In this document: positions 51,717 to 64,000 of the stretch, piece after piece
Numbering within the stretch: the stretch's first letter is position 1
Layout: each line of letters starts with the position of its first letter
Assembly (NCBI GenBank): GCA_017654855.1
Contig: CM030332.1
Span: 2,170,001 to 2,234,000 of the forward strand
DNA: 64,000 nucleotides
Direction of reading: 5' to 3'
Source: Podospora anserina
Taxonomy: Eukaryota
Position numbers and translations under genes: made by a program
Notes under the pieces: model-generated
Databases searched by the model: none
The model's input: only the letters and a program-made list of their open reading frames with translations
Told to the model about the DNA's origin: nothing

Positions 51717-53697
51717 TTTGGAGGAGAAACTCAACGCATTTTACAGATTTTAATGACTTTTCACTAGGGCCCAGGGCTGGAGTGCAAGAAGGGGATTTGG
51801 GAGATAATGGTTATCAAAAGGATTTGCTATTGGGGTCTGCTAGACAAAGGAAGGGTACTCGGGGATTTTTGTATAGGGTTATCAGGAGTTCAAATCAACC
51901 TGTAGATCACAAGCAAGGGCTTTGCTTTGCTGAATGAATTATTTTCTTTGACAACTTCCCTTCTGGCTCGGATTTTAAAACCAGCCCACAACACCTCCAA
52001 CCTGGCTTCCTGGCTTCCTGGCTTTGTACGCCTCAAACCAGCTGACCCACCTTGACGCCTAGTAACGTGATTGCCTCGTCCCAGTTCACCCATGTTCCAC
52101 AACTTCAACCCCCTCAAGCAGAGCCTCTCCCGACCCAAGTACAAGAGTAAAAGCAGGCAACACAAAAACCTGTGACCCCCCAATCCTGAATCACACCATG
52201 GTAACGCCCGCCTTTATGTCGGTCAACCTCAAAATCCCACGCCATGGTTCTCCCAAATGATGGCGGTTGATCTTCACTTCTCGAGTCTCCGAGGTCGCTC
52301 AAGTACTTGCCTCACGTGCGAATTTCACCTGTGGCCAAGGTACGCACAAAGCCTGTATCGCTTCAGCATGAGCGACCCCCCACGCTGGTCCGCATCATCA
52401 TGGCGTATGCATATTCCATCCCACTCAGCCGCTTTCAATCCGCCCATGTAAATGTACATCCATGTATAGGTACCGGCATACATACGCCCGACCCGACCGG
52501 AGTGAACGTGGCTTGAAGATCAATGCAGGTCAGATTGTTAGCGAGGGATGATCAAAGTTTCAAAGTGCTCTTTTTCTCCCATCCAAGTGGAACTTGGCTC
52601 ACTCATACAAGTTCGTCTCATCCAACCACAATCTCTGATTACATCCCATTCCCAGCCTTATCATGACCGATTTGCAAACACTCTCAGCTTTAGGCCTCAC
52701 CGCCATATCCTCAGCTCGCTCGTAAGAAACGGGGATACTGCCCACCTCTGATTCATACAATCCCACACGGCCATTTGAATACCCCCATTGTCGTGCCAGC
52801 ACTGATATGCCCTCCTCTGCATGGTGTGTAACGCTAAGCACAACCCCCAACCCAGTCCAGATATTTGTTTTCTTCCTCTACCGCTGTATGCCCGAAGAAA
52901 ACCTAGGCAACGCCACATAAATCCTACCCACCGCTCTGGGATCCTTCTCGAAGAAAATCCCAGCTCAAGTCACCCTTTCGTGGGGGTGGTCAGCAGCGAG
53001 TTTTACATGCCAAATTTTTCCACCGGGCGGCGGGCGTAGGGGGTCTAACCAACTCACCGAAACAGCCTCGTAATGCCCTCTCAGCCAAGAGACAGCAGAA
53101 ATACTTCGTTCATCGCGGATTGGACAAACAAGGCGTGGCTTATTCTCACTCTCGGGATAAACAAAGCCAATGTCATCACAATATATCACCCCCGTCAATC
53201 ACCTCACATACCCAATAGTTCGGTAGTTGGGCGCATATAAATTGTATTTACTGCCTCAAAAAGCGTGGCTGCCCGGCCAAAACTAGATGCAAATGTAATG
53301 CCGGTTCTCCCGTAATATATGATACGCTGGATGCCAGAGAGCTGAGTATATAATGGACGTGTCCCTTCCTCCCGCTCGTCTCCGTCATCAAAGCAACATA
53401 ACTATTGCTATACTATGGTACATGAAGCTCTGGGGGATGAGCGCAGTTCGTTTGCCAACGCCGCTGAATATTTAATGTTGGGGTATGTAAGGGCAGCAGC
53501 TTGTCGTAAGGAAACCCGGCTTGTCGTCGTGAGGGAACCCAACTTGTCATCGCGAGGGAACCGCCTTGTCGCAAACGGAACCATCCGCCATAGCGTACCC
53601 TGCCAATCAGGTAAACCTCTCGGACCAAAACCTCCACCAAGGTATTACCAAGGCCAAAGACCGAATAACTCTGCCCGTATGAATGCAGTCGGCCCAT

Positions 53698-55605
53698 CTA
53701 AAAAGCTCCACGAGGCGCACCCTTAAAGCTCTGTTGATACCGAGCAAGACTGGCATCAAACGCCGAGAACGATGCGTCGACCACCTTGCCACTCGCACCC
53801 CCTCCCTCCTTCTCCTTCTTGACATAAAAGCTCAAGCTCTTCGCATACTGCGGATGGAGATTATCCACCACCTTGAGGAACTCCTCCTTGTCCATGTCCA
53901 CATCCTCCTCCTCATCGTTCCCTTGATGATTGCTGGGCTCTACCACGTCGAGACCGTCCTCAAAGGCTTCAGCAACGGAGCTGTACTGCTTCCCCGTCAG
54001 GATATAAGAACGCAAAGTCTTTTGCATCTTCTTAGGAGGCGGCCTCACTCTGCCCAAGGCTTTCTTCTCGTGATACTGGCGGATGAGCTCCTTATCCTCA
54101 ATGTTGTCCGCCGGCTCCCAAGTGGGATTCTGGCCTTCCGGCCACTGACCCGCCCAGAGCACGAGGTATTTGTGTGTCTTCTTTCCTTTCTCGGTGATCC
54201 ACCGGTCGTCTAGGAGCTCCTTAACATCGTAGACCTCTTCCTGTGATGTTGGTGCCTTTCGCTTCCTGGGTTTAGGCGCCTTCTTTTCGCTTTTCTGGGA
54301 TCCAGTCTCTTGGATTTGGTCTTGGGATACCGATGCGGCGGAGGAGGAGCCGGGGGTAGTTCGGCTGAAACGACCCCGGCTCACGGCCACGGGGGTCCAT
54401 TGGGCGATCCTGAGCGGCTCAGCTCGCCGAGCTGGAGTAGACGTCCTCGACTGCTGCGTTCCATGTGATTTAGCAGGAGTTGACTTGGGTGTCTTGGGAT
54501 CTGCCGCACCGTTCCGAGACCCAACCTTTGCTTCGGTGCGTGCGCCAAAAGCCGCAGCGAAAGCCGGGTGAATGTTTCCAGGAATAGCTGGACACGTCTG
54601 TGCCGGAGTCGCAGGTTTGTGTTTAGGTTTAGTAGAAAGACCTGATGTCTGTCCTGGAATAGGAGGAGGAATGGGCGTTTGTTTCGGTCTAGGAATCGCC
54701 GTGACGCCTGTTTTGGCCTTCGATGGGAGGGAATGCTGATTGAGATTTGGTGGGGGGATGGGCGTCTCTTTCCGTCCAGGTGGCAATGGCTGTGAGAGAG
54801 GAGGTAGCACACCTCGCCGGGATGGTGCCAAACTGCTGGCTTGCGATGTCTCGGCACCCGATGTTTCGAAGGAAGGTAGACCAGACTGACCGATTGGCTC
54901 TGCTTCAAACTTTCCGGCCCATTGACCCTCTTCCGCGTCGCGGAGCTGCCACTCTTGATCATTCACAAAATCTGGATGCAGTTGTCTTTGGATGGCGGCT
55001 TCGTCGGACTCCACGTCACTAACCGTGTCCTCCCTCTCCAATGGCATGCTCAGTTTTCTCTTCTTCGGTGTTGAAAGAGACGGTCCAGCTACCTGCTCTA
55101 CCATGGTGAGGGCTTCGCTCGCTTGGGTGGTCGAAGCGGGCGAGCGAGAGTCGCGGGGTTTGGTTTTGGGGGGTCTGCCGACTGGTCGTTTGCCTTCAGC
55201 AATGGCGGCGGCCTCGGCGGCCTTCTTCTTTGCCATTTTTTTCTCTTTCAGAGCCAACTCTGCTGTCTTTCTCTGTGCGTCGAGTCTCTCGAAATTGCGG
55301 GACTCCCACTCCTCGAGCTCCCGCGGGGAGATGTAGTCGAGCACCTTGTGGCAAGGCACAAGTAGCTTCGCCGCAGGCAGGTCGGTGAAGCCAATGTGAT
55401 AGTGAAGTAGACGGCGAGAATCTGGCTTCATGTCCTGATCCGTGGGAAGGACAAACTGGTCGATTATGTAACCGGTCGAGTCGTGAACTGGAAGGAGCGA
55501 GATCTGAGGGAGGGCGGGCCCTGAGCCGGGGACATACTTTCGCTCTGACCGGAGAGGGATCTCGATCGCCGCTTTGCGACGGGTGGGAGATTCGTCTTCC
55601 TCCAT
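53698..55605 (-). CDS. cdp-2: Chromodomain protein, probable CDP-2 ortholog (HP1/HDA-1 complex)
   Basis: C-terminal chromodomain YDVKELLDDRW...YLVLWAGQWPEGQNPTWEPADNI; AT-hook-like RPVGRPPK; N-terminal IEIPL and LPQISL motifs. The chromodomain is secure; orthology is recalled from Neurospora CDP-2 and less certain. Confidence 0.75.
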   Translation of the reverse strand: MEEDESPTRRKAAIEIPLRSERKYVPGSGPALPQISLLPVHDSTGYIIDQFVLPTDQDMKPDSRRLLHYHIGFTDLPAAKLLVPCHKVLDYISPRELEEWESRNFERLDAQRKTAELALKEKKMAKKKAAEAAAIAEGKRPVGRPPKTKPRDSRSPASTTQASEALTMVEQVAGPSLSTPKKRKLSMPLEREDTVSDVESDEAAIQRQLHPDFVNDQEWQLRDAEEGQWAGKFEAEPIGQSGLPSFETSGAETSQASSLAPSRRGVLPPLSQPLPPGRKETPIPPPNLNQHSLPSKAKTGVTAIPRPKQTPIPPPIPGQTSGLSTKPKHKPATPAQTCPAIPGNIHPAFAAAFGARTEAKVGSRNGAADPKTPKSTPAKSHGTQQSRTSTPARRAEPLRIAQWTPVAVSRGRFSRTTPGSSSAASVSQDQIQETGSQKSEKKAPKPRKRKAPTSQEEVYDVKELLDDRWITEKGKKTHKYLVLWAGQWPEGQNPTWEPADNIEDKELIRQYHEKKALGRVRPPPKKMQKTLRSYILTGKQYSSVAEAFEDGLDVVEPSNHQGNDEEEDVDMDKEEFLKVVDNLHPQYAKSLSFYVKKEKEGGGASGKVVDASFSAFDASLARYQQSFKGAPRGAF

Positions 55606-56669
55606 GATTATCTCTTTGATCTGGAGGAGGGAAAGCTGGAAGTAGAGGACATAGGCGGGTAGGTCGAGACCTTGAGGAAAGGTGGTGGGGCGTAAAGTCG
55701 CGACTTTGCGACGCGTACGAGAGATCGCGAAACTGCGCCTAGAATTGCTGGGACATGCAGTCTGAGCCGGAGTTTGTCGAATGAGGGTTCGAAAATGTAG
55801 AGAGTTGGTGACCTGAACTGGACTTTAAGGAGGGGACCTGTTGCGCCTGACTGGCATATGGTGGGAGTTGCCCAATTCAGGGTACCTGGTAAGGTTGGCG
55901 TGGCATTGATCGCTACTGAGCTGTCGAGGCGCTGTCCCAAGCTCGCGACAACTGGATTAATTACGGACCGATGAGGAAAGTAGACACTGCATTGGGAACC
56001 ATGGACTGAGTCAATGGTCCAGCAAATACAGGATCATTCTCGATGTTAGGTGTATAGCCTGATATGTGAGGTCAAAGTCCTATTGTTTCTTTTCCAGCGC
56101 TTCTGTCTGTCTCTTTTGTCTGATGGGCTGGAGGAGTTCCATGGGATCTGAGAACCTTGGTGGGTGGTAGGTAGGTAGATCCTTGCCGCTAGAACGTTCT
56201 GGCTCCTCAATATGGGAGTGTCAACAGCCACAATAAGATATGCACGCAATTGCCATAACTTAGTTACTTATAAGTCGCTCCTTCTATAAACCAGCAGAAC
56301 GACTAGAGTTGAGCAACTACAGGAAGCAATGCAAGGAAAGGGCTGTAGACTTACAAGCACCAGCCCGCCCCTCCACTGTTATCGCTTATCACCATTCCTT
56401 GCCAAGACTGGAATTAGCGCCTGAGGCTCGCAAAAACCTAGCTCCAGTTCTCCACAAGAGCTCTTGTTCAGTAGCCTTCCATGACAGTATCTTGAACCGC
56501 ACAGCGTCACCGTGCCTGTTGAGGCCACTCTCCACTCAATCTTTCCAGGTTCTGCCACTTTCTACTCGAACAATTGCCTGTTCAGAATCAACACATATCA
56601 CTCTTTGAGCGGCCACAACACGAGCCACCCAGTAGATTACAACAACGTCACTTACATCTTATCTCCAAG

Positions 56670-57478
56670 ATGCTCGTCACATCAGCAACGAGCATGCTTC
56701 GCGCAGGCGCAGGCCGCTCTGCCAGCGGTCTCCAGCCCATGCTCCTCCGCACCACCACCGCCTGCCCTTACTCCGCCGGCCTCAACATGACCTCGCCCTT
56801 CTCCTCCATGTCACAACAACCCCTCGCCAAGTTCCGTACTTCACCAACTACCCGCCGCACCCTCTCCACCACCCCTTCCCGCCTCAGCACCGACGCCGAA
56901 GTCGACGCAGCCGCCGCGGCAAAGGCCTCCAAGGCTCAAATTGCTGCTCATCCCGAGACGCCCGCTCTCAACTGGGAGACTTTCTTCAAGCTTCGCAAGT
57001 CGAGGAGGAGATGGCAGCAAGGCTTTAGTGTGCTGGGCATGCTGGGGTTTGGTCTCGCGGGGTCGATGGCGCTGGGATCCGGCGCGGCGGATAGTCTTGT
57101 GGGCAATATCCCGCTTGATCCGCTCATGACGATGGGGTTGATGACTATGGGTTTCGCCGCACTGGGTTGGTTGGTGGGGCCGAGTGTTGGAACGGTGGTA
57201 TTTAATGCGATGAACAGCAAGTGGAAGGCGCCGATGGCGCTGAAGGAGAGCCAGTTCTTTGCGAGGATCAAGAAGAATCGGGTTGATCCTACCGCGAGTT
57301 CGGCGAGGAATCCTGGTATGGTGATCTCATGATGTTTTGAGTTGGCGATGATGACAGGTGCTAACATGAGATTGGAACAGTCCCCGATTTCTATGGTGAG
57401 AAGATCTCCAGTGTTGCCGGTTACAGGCAGTGGTTGAGAGATCAGAGAGCGTTCAACAAGAAGAAGATTGGCGTATAA
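56670..57478 (+). CDS. PAM17: Mitochondrial import motor subunit Pam17
   Basis: Presequence-like N-terminus; LNWETFFKLRKSRRR, GWLVGP, KESQFFARIKKNRVDP; intron 57316-57380; [28 protein letters not shown]. Confidence 0.95.
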
Positions 57479-57771
57479 AGGAAACATGAGTAAGACGGTA
57501 TGGCATGTGGCAAAGTATAGTGTGTATCAAGTTCACAACAGGAGGAATTCTTACTTTCATGAGAGCGAACAATTATGGACTCAGTCATCGGTCTGCCTCT
57601 GCTCTCATTCTCATTGTTTAGCGGTGTTCAGGGATGGCATTTTGTCAGGTGTACCATAGGTGGAAAAAAAGGACCATTGCCAGAGCGGTTACACAGCAGA
57701 CTCCTCTTATTCATAGCAATTCGAAATGAGTCGAGTTTATTCAAGATTTGGCCGTTCCTGCGATGTTATCA

Positions 57772-59225
57772 CTATATGAACGGAAAGGATGGATCGACCT
57801 CGTCCTTCCAAGCCCTCATTCCTCCTATGATATCGACAATCTTTCTCTTGCCCCCGTGGTCCACTCCGAGCTCCTTGAGCTTCTCGACTGCCTCTTGGGA
57901 GTCCAGCCCTCGACGACATACAACAAATATGGGATCCTCTGCCGATTTCAGGGGTAAGATCTCTTGAGCATCACCACCATCCCTCTTGATGGTCGCCGCT
58001 TTCATGAGTAGCTTCCCAAAGGGCACGTTCACCGCACCGTCGATACTTCCAAAGGAGAAATGTTCCTTCTCCCTGGTGTCGAGAAGGATGTGGTTCTGCA
58101 ATTGCCCACTTTCTCTCGCTGCGTGGTAGGCAGATGCGGTGATTCTATCCTGCGCAGGGAGGGTGGCTTTGCGTGTTTGGAGCCCGCAGAACTGGATGTA
58201 ATTCGGATTGCCGGATTTGATGCCCTCTAGTGTCAAAGTCTGGGGTGAGTTCTCGCCGCAGGCGAAGCAGTTCTTTTTGCGGGAGGCCATTTTCAGGGCG
58301 CGGAAGGTGTAGGGGCCTGGGGCGGCGTTGAGGTCGTAGGAGTAGATTAGGAGGGTGGGTTGGATTAGGTTGTGGGGGTCGTCTTCGGTGGTGGTGTCTG
58401 AACTGGATTGGGGGAGGTGTAGAGCTGAGGCAAGAATCTTGATCGCTTCTCCTGCTTGGGCTACACCCATTAGACCGACTACTGGGCCCATGATGCCTGC
58501 TTCTCCGCATGATAGCTGGGTGTTGGCTGGTGGTGGTTTGCGGAAGCAGCAACGGTAGCAAGGAGGGTATTTCCTGTCCATCTTTCCCTGGGGTGTGGGT
58601 GGGCAGTTTAGGACGATCAGTTGACCGGACTTTTGAACAGAGGCGGCTGATACTAGAGGTTTGCAGAGGAGAACGCAGACATCGGAGATGAGGTAGCGGG
58701 TTGCTGGGTTGTCGGTGCAGTCTAGGACTAGGTCGTAGAGGGTGATGATGTCTGCTGCATTTTCGTGGGAGATGGGATAGGTGTAAGGAACATAGGTCGG
58801 CAGTGGGTTGAGGTCTCTTAGATGGGTGATGAGACTGTCAACTTTCTTCATGCCTATGCGAGAAGTGGCATGACCAACTTGGCGATGGAGGTTTGATGGT
58901 TCGACGACATCGCCGTCAATGATGCCGATGGTTCCTATCCCAGCACCTGCGATATATTGGGCTGCTGGACAGCCGAGACCACCGGCGCCGATAATGAGGA
59001 CCTTAGAATTTATAAGTCGAAGTTGAGCTGTTGCGTGTTAGTCTCGGCCCACGGCAGGGTACCACCTTAGAACATAGTCATACCATCTTTGCCCATTCCA
59101 GGGACGATCATTTGACGAGAGTATCTATCAAACTCCTCATCTGTAAGCTGTAGACTGGAGCCGTTCTGCTCCCCATTCGTTGCTGCGCTATTTGAATGGT
59201 GTTCATCATTCGAATTGTGCTGCAT
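57772..59225 (-). CDS. UBA4: Adenylyltransferase and sulfurtransferase Uba4/MOCS3 (ThiF + rhodanese)
   Basis: RYSRQMIVP, VLIIGAGGLGCPAAQY, SNLHRQ, LDCTDNPATRYLISD, PCYRC, CGEAGIMGPVVG, CFACG, rhodanese CRRGLDSQ, GGMRAW..VDPSFP. Intron about 59029-59082. Confidence 0.95.
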
Positions 59226-59674
59226 AATGTCGGTTTGTGAACACGCCGGGTTCTTGGTCTGAAGCTCGAAATACACCAGCAGATAGCTCCTGCTGTTTGT
59301 GTGTTCAAATGCTTGTTCTGCCTACACAGGGACAAGGAACTCTAATACAATAGAAACCCTCGCTTAGAAACATACAGACTAACGAACAAATTCGCTATCA
59401 CCAATATGATCGACTTTCAGAAATCCAATCCACTTCACCCCAGCAGACGAAAATCCATAGGGCTGAGCTTTGCCCCTCCCCCGCCAAAAGAAGGATCAGC
59501 CTTGGCGCTCGTCAAAAGCCGACCCCTACCCACCAAAGGCGGTGAACTCCCATGCCCCACTAAAAAGTCCAAACTGCCATGCTCTCCCTGTCGCTTTGCG
59601 ACTGCGACTTGTCACGCATTGCGATAAGCCACCTCTCGCACACTTTTGTCGGCCACCTCTCACACCAAACAACC

Positions 59675-60379
59675 ATGGTATTTAACTCAAATCCACCAAT
59701 ACCTTCTCATCTCCAACCTAACATTCTCTCCCAGGCTCCCACAGTCCCAGGAAAGCGCCCCACCGCCCGCCAAAAAGCCCTCGCCCGCCTCGCCGACCCA
59801 ACCATCCCCCGCAAAACCCACCGCGAAGACAACCAGGTAACCGACTCCTTCATCAATTCCAAGCGCGACAAGCGCCTAATCAAGCACTCCTCCTTCGTCT
59901 CCAAAATCACCAAGCCCTCCTCCACCACAGCACTCAAGAACCACAAGAAGCGCCAGGCCAAAAAAGCCAAGACCCAGCTAAAGACAACTCTCGACTCGCT
60001 CGGGGATGTCCTTGACGACCTTGAACATGAGATGGAGGATGAAGGTGCAATGGACAACGAGCAGGCCCTGCAGGGGAAAGTCAGACACAAAAGTATAAAG
60101 TCTAGGCCGGGGGCGTTAAAGAGGAAGGAGAGGGTCGTCAAGGGGGAGATGTCCCGGTTTGGGCATAACCTAGCGCAGTTGGCTACCGTGACGAGCGCGA
60201 GTAGCACGGCGACGATAAACCAGAACACGGCCAAGAAACAGGCGGAAGAGCAGTCAAAGATGGAGACAGAGGGGACCGCGATAACGGCGCAAGAGGCAGC
60301 GACTTCGAATCGGTGGGCGGCGTTGAGGGGGTTCATCTCTTCTACTATGGAGCAGAACCCTGCTTTTCTTGGCAAATAA
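59675..60379 (+). CDS. SLX9: Ribosome biogenesis protein Slx9
   Basis: ATG, intron 59678-59734, then APTVPGKR; KRDKRLIKHSSFVSKI, RHKSIKSRPGALKRKE, RWAALRGFISSTME. Confidence 0.88.
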   Translation: MVFNSNPPIPSHLQPNILSQAPTVPGKRPTARQKALARLADPTIPRKTHREDNQVTDSFINSKRDKRLIKHSSFVSKITKPSSTTALKNHKKRQAKKAKTQLKTTLDSLGDVLDDLEHEMEDEGAMDNEQALQGKVRHKSIKSRPGALKRKERVVKGEMSRFGHNLAQLATVTSASSTATINQNTAKKQAEEQSKMETEGTAITAQEAATSNRWAALRGFISSTMEQNPAFLGK

Positions 60380-61237
60380 TGGCTACACGTCATGTGTGTT
60401 TTTCTTATCTATGTATATACCCTTCAAACTGCTGTAATAACGACAGGAATGACAAATGTTGAGACAATATGAGTATACAATAGCCGTCCACTAGATTGCC
60501 CAAAGCGAACTTCTGTTGTGCTGTCTAGAAGAATTGTAAACATAACCATGCACAGTGATGATGCAGATGTTGGCTTTGTGTGATGTGGGTATCGTAATGC
60601 GACATAACCCCCCTCCATCCTCTCCAATTAACGAGATAAACCAGATGATGTTACCCAAAACGCACCCCTCTTTCTTCCCATTTTTCATCTCCAATTACTC
60701 AAAGCCTGCCCTCGCGCTTTAAAAACAAAGGGGTACTCGTGTCCTGCCTGCCTAACTCCTAAACACCTGCTCTCCCTCGTAGATAGCCAGCGCCTCTGCG
60801 AAGGTAGAGGCACAGGACTGCAGATCCATCGTCGTGATGCTTTCAATGTAAAGCCGGAACAACTACTCTCAGAAAGCCATCTCGGGTAAAATACCTCCAC
60901 CTCAACAGCAATCATTGCCTCCATGAATTCCGCCCTCGAATATGATGACTTCGTATCAAGAACCAACAGTTGCGATAGGGCTCAACTCTCATACCAAAAT
61001 ACTGCTGCTGATCTTCAGCTCGAATGGAGCTGCCAACGCTGGAAATGCTGTGAATGACCCAAATCATGCGGCAAAACCCGACTGCTGTGCTGAATACAGT
61101 TACAAGAAGGAACCACAGGGCTCAACTTCAAGATGTCTAGTGATAGCATCCGATAAACGCCTCATCTCAACCTCTGTTCTCTTTGCTCCGTTTGGAGCCA
61201 GATTGTAATCGTCAATCGAACGCTTGGTGGCAACCCA

Positions 61238-62569
61238 TCAGTCGATGCGTGGCGGGGTTGATGAGGATGGAAATGGTGATGCACTGCGTCTTCTCTCGCC
61301 TTCTTTTCGCAGACTTTCGATAATGTTCATCATCTCTTTTCGACCGCTGCGGCTGTCGACCGCTTTGCCGGCCATCGACATTGACACCTTCTCAGTAGCG
61401 TTGGCGTTGAGCAACTTCTTGATCAGGAGATGCCTCATAAGAATACAGACGTAGACGCCGCAGTCGCTGCTATTCTCCTGCTGTGGGCAGTCGTTCATCT
61501 GGTAAAATCGTAGAGCCTGGCCCAACACCTTACTTAGCCGATCGGTGCACTTTTGGGCTTCGTAATAGTTCGCGCCACCCAGCGAGTCGTAGTGAAACGC
61601 AACGCCATCGATTTTGGACACCAGGAGCAACGACCAGTGAGAGCCAAGGTCGGATCTGGTGCTGTCGCGTGCGTCGTTGACTGGAAGAAAGATATGTGTG
61701 ATCTTGTCGAAGTTTGGCAGGGCGCTTGCTATACTCCTGACGTCGCTTGATTGCATCATCAGGAACGTCATGCTGGGACGAAGCAGGACGATCTTCGCCT
61801 CGGGGTACTTGATGAGGACCTCCCGTTCGAGCCATCTAAACCACATGTTAGAGACGCGGTGTTTTGGGGGGAGGGGGGAAGCTTGGTGACTGTTGGGAGC
61901 TTCAACAGAACCCTCTTCACCCTATAGACGTACTCTTCCCAGAAGGCAATGTTCTACGATCATGTTAGCTTGGTCCAGCACCAACAGCGCCAGCAGATAC
62001 ATACATTATCTGTCAGCCAGTCGTTTCGGAGGGACCTAACATCCTCAGTCGTCACTAGAGCCTCAGTTAGATCTGGTTTGCTTGCCATAAGAGATCGAAA
62101 AGTCGCAAAGTTTGGAAAACGTACGGCAGATGTCATAGTCTGGTTGGGATGGATTGTTAGCAGGAGAACACACCACGATGGGAGCAAGATAGAAGCACTT
62201 ACATGATAGATACTGGGTTGAGCCCGATCCCAGCTGTGCATTGGTCAGTCTCCGTGAGGTCCTGGTAGAGTATCGAGAGATAGTAGCTGGACTGCTCGCA
62301 CGCGCACTGCTTCGGCCCTTGGTCGTAGCAGTGCGAAGAGAAGACATGTCGGGCTTCTTGATCCTGGGCTCGACTTTCCCGGGTTGTCTGCCCTGTCTGC
62401 TCTTGGTGCGGGGGTTGGTTGTGAGACGGAGATGGAATTTTTGGGCCTTGGATTTTGTACTGGCCATCCCCGTGACCCGGGAACTGGGGGGAGAAAATGT
62501 TGATAAAGAAGGGGAAGTTCTGCTCACAGTATCCCCGAAACGCCTGGCCATGCTGTTTCGGAATCCCAT
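61238..62569 (-). CDS. denA: NEDD8-specific protease DenA/DEN1/SENP8 (Ulp1-like C48 family)
   Basis: Micro-exons splice to give YLSYYDICLTTEDVRSLRNDWLTDNNIAFWEEWLE; FLPVND, GSHWSLL (His), HYDSL (Asp), QQENSSDCG (Gln/Cys). Five introns. Confidence 0.9.
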
Positions 62570-64000
62570 GATCCTGGAAAAAAGGGGTCCGCGCGACGGA
62601 GAAGAGGTGGTTGAAATAGATTCTGGGTCAGGTGAAGTTGACGCCGTTCGGCGGGGCTGGCCGGAGCTCCTTGAACCGCGGTAGGACTGGGAGGGCAGCG
62701 ACGGGGAGGTGCTTCGCGAACGGAGCGATGAGGGGGGTAATACCGGTAGGGCGAGAGAGATGTCACTAGCGCCGTCGAGGAGAAGCTGTTCACGGGTTGC
62801 GCGAGTGTGGTAGAGGAGTCGCGACACGTTGAAGCGTAGGGTGTACCAGTCAAAGGCAGCCGGGGGCTGCGAGGTCCTCGGTCTTCCGGCGCGGTGTTAA
62901 CGACTACAGATTGTTATATACGAACAGACAATGCTAGCGCGATCTTCAAATGAATACGGAGTAGAGCGCGCGGTCAATGCGGACTGTGGGGTTGGCCAGA
63001 GAGCAAGAATTGCGCAGGCAGAAATCACAAGCGATGTAGAACCGAGTCTCGAAGTTTTGACGGGGTGCGGGCAGTGTGGGCTGCGGGACCGACCTTATAG
63101 AGGACCCCGCAGTTTTGTGGTGACTTACACGCACCTTTGAAGGCCAGCCATCGTGGCAGTGCGCTAGCCAAAATGCCCGTCACAGGCCGCCGCCTGTCGA
63201 TGCTGTCTTGTCTCCAGCGCGAGGCTTTCCGCAATTCCACAAACACTTTCTGGCTTCCTCTGGTCGGTGGTTTCTTTGTCCTCGTCGTGCAAAAGGACAT
63301 TTCCGGCTTCCCTCCAGATATCATTTTACTCCCGAGTCTCAAGTCTTCAGGTTCTGGAGTCGAGCGCAAAAATGATCGCAACTGTCAGATGCTCAGATGC
63401 TCAAACAGAAAGACGTCACCAAGTGATCTTGCCCGCGCTTGGCATGCCAAGCAGTTGCAGACAGAGATCAAGGACCGTGCCACGCCTGGATGGCGACAGG
63501 TGAATGAATCAGACAAATCGGCCGCCCGGGTGAATCTTGTGAAGACAACACACGTCACGGCCCACGTCGCGAGGCTGAACCGACCAAGTGTTTGACTGTG
63601 AAGTATCAGAGATGTGGTTGTCATTCAGCATCTGGACATTCGAAAGTCGTGAGAAGATCATTTGGTGTAAGGTATTCGGAGCTGGACTCGCAAACGTGAA
63701 GGCATGCAATCTCCAGAGCCAAGGTTGTTGTTTGTCGATGGGAAACAGCAATGAAGGAAACGGCAACGTATCCAAAACCTTATCAGGCTCAATGCCTCGG
63801 TGTTAACACTTCGCCGGTAACTTTGTGCAGCTGTCAAGTGTGCCCTAATCATGAAGGCGTAAGCCTCTTCACATGGGAACCTGTCTGACTCCCTGCAACA
63901 AACAGTTCTAGCCGGACGAAAAGCCAAAACACAATGTTTGGCTACCTAGAGATGGGATTGAGAGTATCAATATAGGTATGAAGGCTATAACCCTATTGTT

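Noticed and set aside
60942..61011. Box C/D snoRNA (ATGATGA...CTGA)
   Set aside because: Weak terminal stem, no clear C'/D' boxes, and no rRNA-complementary guide recognised.
57772..62569. UBA4 and denA as a ubiquitin-like-modifier gene cluster
   Set aside because: They belong to different pathways (Urm1/MoCo versus NEDD8) within an ordinary housekeeping block.
1..64000. CRISPR arrays, intact transposons, rRNA, NLR/HET or spore-killer genes
   Set aside because: No repeat-spacer arrays, transposase/RT motifs, rRNA sequence or NACHT/HET motifs were seen; the many antisense ORFs are shadows of real genes.

Overview
Eukaryotic, filamentous-ascomycete DNA: GT-AG introns are mostly 50-60 nt with CTAAC/CTGAC branch points. 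A Sordariales/Podospora-like origin is inferred, not proven. From about 1-50 kb the window is gene-sparse and accessory-like. It holds orphan genes, several pseudogenes, a GPI-anchored vWA protein, MATE, FNT and MFS transporters, a DUF4360 secreted protein, a PTH11-like receptor, tRNA-Asn, a 2x zinc-finger/DUF3237 fusion, an AsaB-like Fe/2OG oxygenase, a bHLH factor and a degenerate Rossmann-fold gene. From about 50-63 kb it is a compact conserved block: DHDPS-like aldolase, CDP-2-like chromodomain protein, PAM17, UBA4, SLX9 and DenA/SENP8. Most notable observations: (i) tandem BED-like zinc fingers fused to a DUF3237 barrel, a candidate one-component sensor-regulator; (ii) a scrambled mosaic at 47.1-47.85 kb that interleaves pieces of the neighbouring gene with pieces of an AlkB-like dioxygenase gene; (iii) a non-canonical tRNA-like Pol III cloverleaf at 15.1 kb; (iv) two broken, inverted paralogs of an unrecognised family that differ by an intron; (v) a start codon split by an intron. 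All family assignments come from motif recognition by eye; no database search was run.
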